64,000 nucleotides of DNA from Lama glama (lineage: Eukaryota), in assembly GCA_028534125.1 (NCBI GenBank), contig CM052817.1, forward strand, positions 38,628,001 to 38,692,000, read 5' to 3'. The notes beneath the pieces were generated by a model that ran no database searches, was not told where the DNA came from, and saw nothing but the letters and a program-made list of their open reading frames with translations. Shown here one piece after another: positions 1 to 12,426 of the stretch; position 1 is the stretch's first letter, and the number at the start of each line of letters is the position of its first letter. The position numbers were made by a program, and so were the translations under genes.

Positions 1-655
1 TTGGTGTCTTCTTTCATTTATAATACTTTTGATATTCATTAAGTTGTTGCATGTTTTAGTAGTTTGTTCTGTGGTATGCTGATAAACATTGTAACAACCT
101 GCTCTCCAAAAAAAAAAATCCCTGGTTGTAGCATCTGCTAATTATTGCAGTGTAAATACTTTTATCATGGCCCATATTAAGCTACCTAAAGCAGCTTGCA
201 AAAGTCCTGAACAGTGGGCTCTCACAAAGCTGTACCAGCCAGCCCTAGCACGCCCCTGAATTTGTTCCTTTGTATTGTTGAGTAGCATTCTGTTATATTG
301 AGGTATGGCAAATTTGTTCATCCGTTCATGAATTGGACATTTGAATTGTTCCCAGTTTTGGACAATTATGAATAAAATTGCTATAACCAGTTGTACAGGT
401 CTATGTGCAGAACAAATGTTTTCAGTTTTCTTGAGTTGTACCTAGGACTGGGATTACTGGGTTTTATGAAAAGTGTATATTTATCAATATCAGTAACTTT
501 TTATTGAAGTGCCAAACTGTTTATTTACAAAATGATCATACCATTTTGCGTTCTTATCTGCAGCAATGTAAGAGAATTTTAGTTGCTCTGCATCCTTGTT
601 GACACTTAGTATTGTCAGTTATTAAGATTTTAGCTATTATATGTGTAGTGGTCTC
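1..655 (-). mobile_element. Ancient L1 (L1M-type) ORF2-end/3'UTR fragment, interrupted by a hAT MITE
   Basis: Antisense L1 motifs 'ggacatttgaattgttcccagttttggacaattatgaataaa', 'cctaggactgggattactggg' and 'gtgccaaactgt'; runs off the window start. Confidence 0.75.
69..258. mobile_element. MER63-like hAT (Blackjack) non-autonomous DNA transposon
   Basis: Imperfect TIRs ctgtggtatgctg / tagcacgcccctg; 8-bp TSD agtttgtt (61-68) / aatttgtt (259-266). Confidence 0.75.
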
Positions 656-915
656 CTTTAATGTTTTTGACTTCTTATTTTCAGTAGTACTTGAACTAAT
701 GTGACCTAATGTATGAAGTTTATGATAGACATAGATAAGTAATTTTTTTTTGGCTTGGTCATCAGTTATGATCTCACTATGAAGGTGCTAACAGTTAAAG
801 GATGTTTCTTTGAATTTCTTACTGTGCAGTTGACTTTTATGTTGTTGGAATTCCTTTTTTAAAGAAATCATCATTAGAGAATTCTCGTACTTAGCTTTTA
901 ACATGTTTTAAAAAT

Positions 916-1051
916 ATTAATTTAATCATTTATTTTATCTTGGTGGGGGCAGGTAGGTAGTTTTATGTATTTTTAGAGGAGCTACTGGACATTGACCCAG
1001 GACCTCAAGCATGCTAAGCATGCGCTCTACCACTTAAGCTATACCTTCCCC
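916..1051 (-). mobile_element. Camelid tRNA-Ala-derived SINE (Vic-1-like)
   Basis: Reverse complement reads GGGGAAGGTATAGCTTAAGTGGTAGAGCGCATGCTTAGCATGCTTGAGGTCCTGGG (A-box, AGC anticodon loop) followed by an A-rich tail; about 20-bp TSD cttttaacat(g)ttttaaaaat at 895-915 and 1054-1073. Confidence 0.85.
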
Positions 1052-1331
1052 AACTTTTAACATTTTTAAAAATGCAGCTTTGAAAAAGAAAGCTACATAA
1101 AGCTTTGTTTCTTTAAGAAAAATTTAGAATTAAAAAATTCCCAATTTATAGTACATGCCTTCAATTTTTACTTTGACTTAAAGGGGGGAAAAATAGATAA
1201 TTCAATCATGTAGTCTTTGAAGTCATCCCAGATCTTGTAAGGAGCATTGATTCATCCATAAATGATTGTAGCATTGCTTTTCAATATTTAGAAAGCTGAT
1301 TTTCATGTATTATAATGTATGTTTCTCTCAG

Positions 1332-1555
1332 TTAGGGTGACGTTTGAGCAGAGACCTGAAGCATTTATGGAGTGAGAGTTTTAGATCAGAGAGAGGAGCA
1401 GGTGCTGAGGCCCCGAAGTAGGAGGGTGCTCGAAATGTTCAGAGAACAGCAAGAGGTTGGCTGGAGGGAGGTGAGAGCGAGGTCAGGGTGGTGGAGGCGC
1501 CTCAGACCGCGTAGGCCAACGTCAGGACTTTGACTTCTGATCTCAGTGAATTTGA
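1332..1555 (-). mobile_element. L2 fragment
   Basis: 'ggtgacgtttgagcagagacctgaa', 'gttcagagaacagcaagagg' and 'aggactttgacttc' match antisense L2 3' region. Confidence 0.7.
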
Positions 1556-1589
1556 GCCTAGACTGTGTCCTCTGCGTGGACAGACATGT

Positions 1590-2000
1590 ACTCCCGTCTC
1601 CTTGAAGTTTCTCAGGTAGACCACCGTCTCCTGTCTGTAAACCTTTCCTCCTACCAGAAATAGCATTTGCTTGCCCCTCCCGTGTGTTCTCTTACCACCC
1701 TGTCGTACCTCTGCTAAACAGATGCTTTGTTTATTTGTCTCCTCCTCCTAGATGGAGGTCCTTGATAGATTTTTCTTTTAAAAGAATTCCTTTGAATTCC
1801 TTTTTCATTGAATAAATGTTAAATTATGGCTTTGCTGAAAATGAGGTTAATCACTGAAAACTGGGTAGGAGAGACCGAACAGTATTGCTCGTGTGGATGT
1901 GGATTCTGTCTGTTTTGCTGACCACTGTACATCTACTGCTGGGGCAATGAGCTGTGCATAATAGGTGCTCAGTAAATGCTTGGTGAATGATTGAGTGCAT
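1590..2000 (+). mobile_element. L2 3'-end fragments
   Basis: Pyrimidine-rich body ending in the L2 terminus 'ataggtgctcagtaaatgcttggtgaatgattga'. Confidence 0.65.
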
Positions 2001-3559
2001 ATCCATGTACCAGCCTCTGTTCGCTCTTTCCTCTGCTTCTCTTGAACCCACGGGCAAGCCTCCCCAAATCCCTTGACATGTTTCCCTGTGGCTTTATCCT
2101 CTATCTAGCTGAATGCTCAAGAAATGCCAAATGCTTAGAGAATTCATTCATTCCAAGCAAATGTAATCATAAATGTAGATAATTTCTCTCCAAGCTAAAT
2201 AGATAGGGGTTTTTTGCACAATGCTTTGATTCATACACACTTCTGTTTTCCTTTCTTCAGTGGAAATTTTTTGAGGTTACTTTATTACCGGGCTCTCAAA
2301 TCTTTAATAAACAAGACACTGATAGGTCTCGAATATCACTTCTGTGAACAACTGAAGCAGGAGCCCTGTGGAGTGTGAAAAGCCTAATACCAGAAATAAC
2401 GTGTTTCTTTTGGTTGAACAGGCAGTTGTCGTTGGTGTATTTACCCGACTGTATGGGTGCAGAGCTGTGGGGTTTTGTGCTCACCACTGAGTCTGCAGAA
2501 GTGTCAGGCTCCAGCGGAACATCTCGGAACCTCGGAACATCTAGATTATCATCTTAAGCCTAGGATTGGTAACAGTAACTCTGAATCCCTCAGTCCACAC
2601 ATCTCAGGCTCCCTCGTCCTGTCTGACCCCCTAGTACCTGCATGTCTTTGAACCTGCAGAAGAAGGATGTTGGGAGAGGCTAAGTAATGGATCTGCAGAA
2701 GCTATAAAAAAATCAGTGTGTAATAGATTGTCTTGTGTATAATAGAACATAAATATGGGATTATTGATCGTGTTGTAATCCATTGTGACAAGTCTAGTGA
2801 TGATGTGCCCTGTAATTTTTTAATATGAGATACTTTGTATATTAGCCCACTTAAAGTGGGTACTGTGGGTGTTTTGACCAACTACACTGTGACTTCACTA
2901 AATGCTGAGGTTTTGCTTTGTTTTGGGTTTGAATTTGTTGTTACTGTTTTAATGGTTATGTGTGAGTAGGGTCTTGGTTTTATTTCTCTAGTAGAACAGT
3001 CTTACTGTTAAATTTGCATATTGGTTTCAAGGAAAATTATTAGCAACTTAGATTCTAAGTTTCCTTCCATAAAATTTAAAAATTTTTTTCACCGGCTTCT
3101 ATCTGTGTATAGAATATTAGTGTATGACTTGGCACAGTATTAATGCATTTAGTTATTTTAAGTTTAATGTGTCATTGCTTTGTGATCAGGTGTTCCAGTA
3201 CCCCAAGCAAACCCTTTCTATCATTATGCTAACCCACTAGCCCATACTTTGAAGTCTTAAGAAAACTGAATCCCTAAAGAGACATAGGTGGTAGGTGGTA
3301 CTGTAGTTATGCATTTTGGTGAGGTTGCAAGCTTAGATTAGTAACTTTAAGTCAACTAGATACATGTGAAGCCACAATGGATTTAAAGTACCACTGTACT
3401 GTATTTTGGAGTTTTAAAATAAGACAACTGAATGAGGATTTTTTTTAATAAACTAATTACAGTTGTTTGTTTCTTTTGTGTGTGGCCTAATCCTTTTAAA
3501 GTACTTGTTATTACTACCTATAAAAGACAAGTGCGTATTTATAATGGTACTTCTGAGGC

Positions 3560-3690
3560 CCCCAAATTAAGAGAATTGAATTACTTCTGCCTCTGCCACA
3601 AGAAAGCTGTTACTTTGGGTGGGTCACCTGTCCTGTCTGGCCCCTGGTTCTTCATCTATTGGCAGTTCTTTCCACTCCAGATCCCTTAGA
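3560..3690 (+). mobile_element. MIR/MIR3 core fragment
   Basis: 'ctctgccacaagaaagctgttactttgggtgggtcacctgtcctgtctggcccctggttcttcatct'. Confidence 0.5.
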
Positions 3691-4284
3691 TGATAGAGAT
3701 CATTGCATTCTGACACTAATTCTTTTAGCTCTCCTTGTTTCTTAAGCCCTTGGTGCCTATGTTCTGAGAGGTATCATGTTACAGCTTGACTTTTGACATG
3801 TCTGATAGGTATGTCTTCAACACTTGATGAGTCGACCGGGCCCAGCTTCCTCTTCCTGTATATTGTTTCTTCCTAACTTGTGTCCCTCTGTTCTCCAGCC
3901 AGTAAGGACTTCAAGGAGGCCAATTAATTTAATATAGCCTAAGAAAAATAGGAATCTGATACATAGTCATTATCTGACGTCAGAAAGTCACTACAACATT
4001 ATTTTGTTTTATCTGCTATTTTTTATTCAGGGGGAACAACTTACTTATCTGCACAGGACCTTGTAGGTTTGCTCCCTTGATCTAGGTGAAGCATCCACCC
4101 ACATAGCTTTTGCTTTAAAAATTACATAACTTAGGAGGTGATTAATTATTGTGTATAGAACTCAACATATCTTCTCAAAATATCCAAATCTCTTAGTATG
4201 TTTTGAGTGTTTGAGTTTAGGAAAGCAACTTATTTACTTGTTTTAATTTCCCTAACATTTATTCAAACTGCATTACCTTACTGA

Positions 4285-4410
4285 TATATTTTTTAAATTT
4301 GAAGAAATTACAAACTCAAACAAAGTTTTGAAACTAGCAGGTCCTCATGTGCCCATCACCTAATCACTCTTCCCCCAGTGGTAATGTCTTAAGTGACTAT
4401 GGTACAGTGC
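4285..4410 (-). mobile_element. Old L1 3'-terminal fragment
   Basis: T-run followed by 'ttgaagaaattacaaactcaaacaaagttttgaaact...cccccagtggtaatgtctt', typical of an antisense L1M 3' end. Confidence 0.5.
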
Positions 4411-7400
4411 TGGTTTGTATTTTATTATTAAAAAGCATGATGATCATGCTCATTTTGAAAAATGTTGACAGATAGAAGAATGTTGATATTTTTGTTCTCA
4501 GAGAGTGAAGAGTTTAGCTTCTATGCTTTGATTCCATGGGCAGCAGACCAAGGGTCTGTTTCTTCCCTGAATTTCTTATAAAAAGGGCAACAGTTCACTA
4601 GGTGAATGGCTGAAATTTTTTACCAATTAGATCATTGACAGCCCCGAATCTAGTCAGGTAAAATTCAGTCATGTGGCATTCTTCTTAATTCCTTTTTTCT
4701 AGGCTCTTTTATTTAATCACTATTATATTTGCTTACCGGAACTCCCATTCTTAACATGTAACAGAATATAAAGAAAGAAATATTGAGCAGTTAGTCAAGG
4801 ATGGTATTTATTAAGTACATACTATCACTGTGTTGAATATAGAGGAGATTTCAAAAAAGTCAAGGGTGTTTACAGTGTAGTTGAATAAACAGCTGTAGAA
4901 GATTATATTGTGTAATATATTTCAGCAAATTTTGTTCTCTAAGTACACATAGGCATGTAATTGGCCTGCAGTAAGCACTGAGTGAATGAATATAGTTAGG
5001 TAATAAGCATGTTGTCAGAAAATTATGTAAGTCTTAAGAAAATAAATATTTACTGTCACTCTTAGGAATTCTAAGGCTACTCGTTATCAAGTGAAAGAAT
5101 GATAATACATGTCTTATTGTGCTTCTTTATTCTCTTTGTCCTAGAAATCCCTCAGTAAATTCATAATCAGATTTTCTTGATTAAAGCCTGGGTTTCTCTG
5201 ACTCAGAAGCCCAAGTTCTTTTCCCATTGCACACTGCTCAGTAAGACACAGTAGTAGGTGATTTAAGTGACAAATGCCATAGTTAAGTAAACAAGTATTA
5301 AATAAAAATAAACTACCAGTTATTTTTAGAAATATCATTATGTATTGATTGCCTAATAATTTTATTTAACCTGATTTATTTGTGTAATGACTAGTGACTA
5401 AATTAGACTAAACAAAAGGATTCAGCTTGCTCTGAGAACCTAGTTCTTATTTCCCAACATGATAATACACTGTGAATAGATTCTCAAATGATGCTATATT
5501 GTACTCTAATAATTCTATGCTTTTTTTCTAACTATTCAGTGTTTTATTGTGTGCTGTCCTTTATTGTGTACTTTGGGAGCTACATTGATGTTTAAGACAC
5601 GAATAATTCTGTTCTCAATAACTTTATAATATAGTGGAGATAAGACAGATGCATAGAGAACTGGATTGTCTATGATCAGTCTGTCTGAGAGGCACAAAAG
5701 TTCTACGGACACTTAGGGAGTAGAAAGATTACTTTTAGTTGAAATGATTAGGGTAACCCTAAGATGATGTTTGAGCTGAATATCAGGGGGATTGATAGAA
5801 CTTCCTTGGTGAAAACTGTGAGATTTGCTTATATCAGAATTACACAATGTTATAAAATGAATTGATTCCACCATCAATGAATCAGATGAGGTCTCTTGGG
5901 AAAAAAATTAATCTGAGTTTATTATTTAAGCAATTAGCATAAGGATTAGGAATAAAGTAAAACACTTAGAAGAAAGCATATTTTTAATATGAAAACTTTA
6001 GTTTTGCTCCTGAAGCATTCCACAATTAGGTCACCATGATAATTGTACTAAATATGGCTTCCTTAGCATGTATTCTTTTTCAAGATAATTTGATGTATTG
6101 GATTGATGACACATGTGCTTTATATATTTCATTTCATTTGCTAAGTCCAGAATAAATTAGATGAGTTATCTCTTTGGTCAAGATGAAAATGAATTTATTA
6201 CTGTTTTATTATTTCTGAAGTCTGACCTGTGTTTAAAGTATTTCTATAAATCTGAGTGAAATAGCATTGAAAAAATTATCTTGACATTGTGAAGTTCAGC
6301 ATTGCTAAGAGGTAGCTGTTGGTGGAGGGCTTACAGGAAAGGCTGGAGGAGGAAGGGAAAAGACAGTGTGGGTAAATGGGAACAGCACAGGGGGAACAGA
6401 GAGAGAGAAAAGAGTTCCTGTAAAGGGGACTTGTTCTGTGGCAGTCATTCAGTCTAGCAGATGTACCTGGTCAAACCTGGAGCATTTCCAAAAGCTCGTT
6501 TCTTCATCAAACTTATAAAAAAGCAGAAAATGTTGAGTTTGCTTTAGTTGTACAATAAATATTAATGAAATATGGTGTCATACCATGCATGTGTGTTCCC
6601 CACCTCTTTTTCCACGGAGACCTAGATTTAAATCTGAGTCACCAGAGTAAATGAGTTCAGTGATTCCCAGCTTGTGTTAGGTTGTGTAACTAGCCCAGGC
6701 ACTGACATAGGTGTTTATGTTTTCAGGAGGGTATGGGGAAGCCTGACAAGACATGGCAGCTGCTGAAAAGGCATTAAGGCCACTGGTAACACTGACATGC
6801 ACTTGTGTGATTGGGGCAGAGCAGGGGGAAATGTGCTGAATATTCAGCCTTTCTGAGATGACAGTACTGGTTGATCTCTGTTCATAGCTAGGAGGATTGT
6901 ATCTTTCTTAGAAAGCTTATTCTTTTTTCTCTTCATGGATTTTCATGCACTTTGATTTTTCTCAGCCCAATACATTCATCAAAAATGAGCCGTTTTTTGA
7001 CTGTTGCTTGCCAGTGTTAAGGGATCTTTAAAAGGATCCTCATAGTCTAGTCTTTCTTCATCCTACTCTGCTTGTTGACACCCACTTTAGTGCAGAGTTT
7101 AATAGTTGCTTTGCATATCCTAATGCCATCTGACAAAGCATCATTCCAGTCCAGTGAAGTTCTGTTCAGTAAGTGCTATTTTAATGGAAAGAAGACTGGT
7201 TGCATTCCAGTACCTAATTGTTAGTTTGGTCTTGTTATTTCACATCAAGCCGACTTACAGATAGTGATCATACCTGCATGTGTTCTCTTTAGTTTTGTTA
7301 AACGTTTAGAAATGCTCTTATGTAGCATATTGGCTATACTGATCTGTATTTTAAAAATCTTTATCTCATTTTTCTAAGTAGCAAAGGTAAGTACTATGCA

Positions 7401-8949
7401 CAGGTTTTGAGTTAGACTTTGGCATTTCATCATCTGTTTCATTAAAAGATCGATTAAAAAGTCCTATTTTTATTAAAATTTAAAGATGGCAAAGTGACTA
7501 CTTTAGTAAAGAATGCTGTAGCTTATTGGAGTTACAGTTGAAACTAAATTTCATTATTATTTTCCTCATGAGAGTTCAGCTTACTATAAAATGTCTATGA
7601 ACAGCAATTTAGAAGATAAATAAATTGACCAGTAATTCATTCCCAGATGCCTGATAGAGAAGTCCTACCAAAGTAAACAAGTAGTAAAGTGAACTTTTAA
7701 AAGATAAATACTAAACATAGTGTTAGATTAAGGAGAATGTTATAATAATATAAAGTTAGAATAGAGGAAAATAATTGCTTGATGAAAGGTTAAGAGCACA
7801 TGAAATTAATCCGTGATGTGAGCTGCATCTTGCCCTGTGTTTATCAATCAGCAGGGAGTTGTTTTGGGGAAATGGGACTTATCCTCCTTGGTTTTCTTAG
7901 AGTAAGATCCTGCCTGGCAGTTATCATTCCACAGTGACTGTATTGCACTGTAAGATAAGTATATTTGACACTCTTTTTACTAACCATCTGAATCCTTGAT
8001 TTATTTATTTTTATTCAACAAGAGTACATTAAGTCTATTTGGTGTGCTAAAAATATTAAGATGATAAGATACTATTCCTCCATTCTAAGAACTAGTAAAC
8101 TAGTTTAGTTCATGAGCAGATAATTACTAAATAATGTGGAAGTGACATCTGTTTTGAGGCTTTATTAGCTTCCCTCCCCAGCCACAGTTCCTTATTGTCC
8201 ATTGTAGTTCTCACTGCAGCTCTCTTGGCTTATAAGGGGCCTGAGGTAAACATACACCTTTTTCTTTGAATCTTGGATTACTTTGCCATTTTTTCTTATA
8301 TTCATGATGATCCCATTAGTGACTTGATCTTTAGTTAGGAATCAATGTAGAGAAAGCTGGGAGAGGAAACAGCTTTAATGAGGGTATAGTATTAGTAACA
8401 AAGCTAGACTTTGGAAAAGTGATGAGAATCTCATTTTTTGATACTAAAAGGAATTAGAAATTTAATTATGTTTTATAAAGAAGAATTCATCATTGATCAA
8501 AAGATATACTAATTTATATGACTATATATATGCACTTATATGACTGTATATAATTATATATTTATATATACACACACGTAGTGTTTTTTGTGTCAAGAAA
8601 TTACTGCTCGAGCTCTTGGGAATGAAATGGTCATTTCTATATGCTATAATAGAATATATTTACAAAATGCAGCGTAATTGTCTTTTTCTCTACTTTTAAA
8701 AATTATAATCTGATTAAAAAATTTTTGGCATGTTAATGTCCAGGGATCATATTATTTTAATACTATGGTATTCCAAAGTTTCTAATTCATACCATTTAGA
8801 AAATTTTTCTCTTGTTTATCTGCTTATTTGCTTTGTTTCTAAATTCTGTCAAGTTTATGTGCTTTTACCCTATCTCAAGATTTGGTAGAGTCTTGTTGCA
8901 TTTGTGCTATGACAGAGCATGGCCAAGTTTTAGAGGAGGGCTGGGCTTA

Positions 8950-9600
8950 CTGTTATGAGGCTGCACTAGGATGAGTCCACACTTGAGATGATGCTGCATG
9001 TTAGAGCCAGCCTCACCTCAACTATAGGTGTTGAGGAAAGGTTATTAGTAACCCGTGTCAGGCATAGAACAGCCAGAGAGCAATCTACATAGCCTGTTGT
9101 TAATAGGGATTCAAGGTGAAGAAGCACATGGAATCTTAGAAAGAAAAATGAGTGAACAAGTCCTTAAATATGTACATATATTATATGGATGGTTGTCAGA
9201 GAATTCTGTCTGTGGGTACTGGGCTCTAGGTAATGGCCTGATCCCCGTCCTTGGGATTGGGACTCATAATGGACAATAGGTGTCCCAGTACCAGGAAGAG
9301 ACCAGGCAGGGACCAGACTAGGAACCTCCACAAGTGTCAGAAGTCGAGTTACAGTAACTGAGGTATAAACAGGGCCAGAACAGTAGAGAGGGTAAGAGTA
9401 GAACACAGAGGGTATCAGAGTAAGTGGAAATCCTAGTCATCTAACCTGGGGTATGAAGACTGGGTGAGTTAACGTTAATGGCGACTTGATCTGGAATCAG
9501 AGATTAGAAGTCAGAAGTCCATATTAGTGATCTAGGATTTAAGTGATGGTAGAAGCAAGGCACATGGAGAGCAGAAACAGGCTAGACTTGAAATTTGTTT
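8950..9600. mobile_element. Possible ancient LTR remnant (family unclear)
   Basis: Starts 'tgttatg'; purine-rich block that differs from the flanks; no clear TSD. Confidence 0.25.
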
Positions 9601-10559
9601 ATATGCTATTATCTTTTAAGGACAGAATTCATTTCCTTTGTTAATCAGAAATCATTCACTCTGCTTTGTTGGCACTGGTATGAGATCACGAGATGCAGAG
9701 AACTGCTGACAGTTCATAGTAATGTCTTAACAGGGAACTGGTGCTAAAATGAACAGACTGAAGCTTTAGGGTAATGTGCTTTCTTGCAAAATAGGAGGAT
9801 ATGAAAAAGCATATTAGGCATGAGAGTTCTAATGTCACAATTCTGAAGGCAAAAGTACACTAAGTTTACTTTTTGAGCAGGATAAGAGGAAGCAAGGAAA
9901 ATGTACGATTATGATAATTTGACATTAAAATGAGAACCTTCCATACCTTTTTACTTCCTAGAAGAAGTCTTAGTAGCATTTTGGGATTGCAGTCAGCTGA
10001 TATGCACCAGTTTAAAGGAACCCATACTGGAAATTGAATGATGAATTGAATGGGTGGGGCTTGAGCAGAAGAAACCAGAGGAGCTCTTGGGAGCTCATCA
10101 GCAATTTTTATACCTTAGACCCCTGCCATTAATGTAACTTTGCTGTAGAGATTTAGTCTCTGCCTTGTCTTTTTAATTTTTATATTCCAACAAGAAAGGA
10201 TTAGATTAGCCCTATTCAGACCATGTATCTGTCTCCCAGAGCCAGGGGACCCAGGATTGTGATATATACTCATAGCCCCAGGAGTCTGCCCCTGTGCTGG
10301 CGGTCATCCCTACAGAAGGAGAAATTAAAAGCTGGGCAGCCCTCCTGGAGGAGTGTCTAGAATAGCTCACGGTTTAGTAGTTTAACTATCCCTTTTCTTT
10401 CCCTTCTCTTCTTTCCCCTCACTTCCCTCCCCACTTGTATACATGTCAGGATAACCCTGCTATCTCCCATCCATGGAGGCAGCTTTTCTAGTGGGAGAAA
10501 ATCTGAAGCAAGCTGAAGTGCCATGTTCAGAGGCAGTGCCATGGGGCTACTGATTCTGG

Positions 10560-11900
10560 GTGATACTGTGCTGCCCCTGATTCCATTATGATTCTTTCCT
10601 GATATTTTACAACTTAAACTTAATTCCTTCAAACTTGCTAACTGCATGATTAGGGGAAAGGAAAAGGAAATAAAATGTATTTAAACAGAAAGACGGGGGT
10701 ATTTACACACACCAGTGACTAGTAAGGAAATTAGTGGTGGCTACAGTCCTTAGAATTGTACCAGTGCACATACCCTAATCTGTTCCACTTCAGATTTCAT
10801 ACATTCTGCTGGCCTCTTGACTTATTAGGGTTCTGTTCCTAACAAGCTGACCCAGGCCTTCGTTCCTGAAAGGGTCTGAGCTCCTGGTAGTTCTAACCAT
10901 ATGGGATTGTGATAGTCTGCCACTAACCTAACACTGCCCAGTACTACCAGAACATACTCCAGTGGGTTCCCCTAAGTTCTTCTCGAGGCCTTCCTAGTCC
11001 CCAAAGGTAGAGTAGCAACCTCTTTCTTCCCCTTTATAGTCATGGACAGTCATTCTCAACCCATTCTCTAGCCTCCGTTTTTGCTTGTTTTTCTACTGCC
11101 ACGAAGAAATCAAACGGAACATGATAAGCTCAACTTTCAGTAGAGTGAAAGTTATTTTGTCTCCTGATGTACGTTCTAGATCAGCATATTCCAGAGTTAA
11201 TGACACAAGAAGTAAAACTTTGAGAGCAGAGAAGACACCACTTTGCTATTAACCTTTGGTTGCCACATCCATTATGTTCTGGAGAAGAGACAGCATATGT
11301 TGGTTAATGTTTCAGAGCGCATTTTGTATACTGCAGGATAGCACCCCAAATTCAGAAGTTTTTACCTGGGCAAAAACTCTTATATCAAGCTTCGAGGTAT
11401 AGTTATTGCTTCCTACGATGGGGTGGCTGTGTCTGTGTTAGAGTCTGTTTGATAAGACTGATGGGGCCCTGAGCATCTACCCAGTGCCATTTAAAGTGAG
11501 CTCCTGGATCAGAGGCCATGTGATCTATAGGAAGCATTCGGTTAATCCTGCAGAGTGGTGCTGGCAGAAGCAAATTCAGAATTGGTGTGTCTTACATCAG
11601 GGATCAGCCAGTCACCATTTGTATAATCCAAGGGGCTTGATGTAATTTGCCTGCTAAGTGGTAGTGCCTGTGGGGGACTCAGGCAAATGGGTTCTCAACA
11701 GTAGTGGTAGTGAGGTCACTGTTAGTGTAGTTGATCCCTTACGTAACTGCTTCTCCTGCCACCTGGTTTTGGTTATTTTCATGAAACCCCTGAGCAAGGA
11801 CTAGGCTGGTTGAAGAGAGAGTATGGCTTAATCTATGAGGGTCATTTGTCCACCCAGTTATTATGAGGTTTTATATTTTGATTTGTTTGCTCTGGCAGCA
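10560..11900 (-). mobile_element. Class III ERV (ERVL/MaLR-related) internal remnant, integrase/dUTPase-side region
   Basis: Antisense ERVL-int motifs 'gacccaggccttcgttcctgaaagggtctgagc', 'ccagtgggttcccct', 'agcaacc' and 'ctacagtcct'; no intact ORF. Confidence 0.6.
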
Positions 11901-11910
11901 GCAGGAATTT

Positions 11911-12368
11911 TTCTTAACTTTTTTCTTTTAGTGAAGTATAGTCAATTTACAATGTTATGTTAATTTCTGGTATACAGCATAGTAATTCAGTTATACATGT
12001 ATATATTCTTTTTCATTGTAGACTATTATAAGGTATTGAATATAGTTCCCTGTGCTATACAGTATGACCTTATTATTTATCTTTTATATATAGTATTGTG
12101 TATCTGCAAATCCTGAACTCCCAATTTATCTCTCTACTTCCTCCTTCCCCCTCCAGTAACCATAAGTTTGTTTTCTATGTCTGTGAGGTTGTCTCTATTT
12201 TGTAAATAAATTCATTTGTGTCCTTTTTTTCAGATTCCACATATAAGTGATATCATATGGTATTTGTCTTTGTTTGGCTTACTTGCTTAGTATGACGATC
12301 TCTTGGTCCATCCGTGTTGCTGCAAATGGCATTGTTTCATTCGTTTTTATGGTTAAGTAGTATTCCAC

Positions 12369-12426
<58 letters not shown>

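Noticed and set aside
975..1051. tRNA-Ala(AGC) gene
   Set aside because: T-arm/B-box is degenerate, and it has an A-rich tail, TSDs and a second diverged copy at 15.4 kb, so it is a SINE
2797..2908. Box C/D snoRNA (GTGATGA...CTGA)
   Set aside because: Weak terminal stem, no clear C'/D' boxes and no recognisable rRNA/snRNA guide; such motif pairs are common by chance
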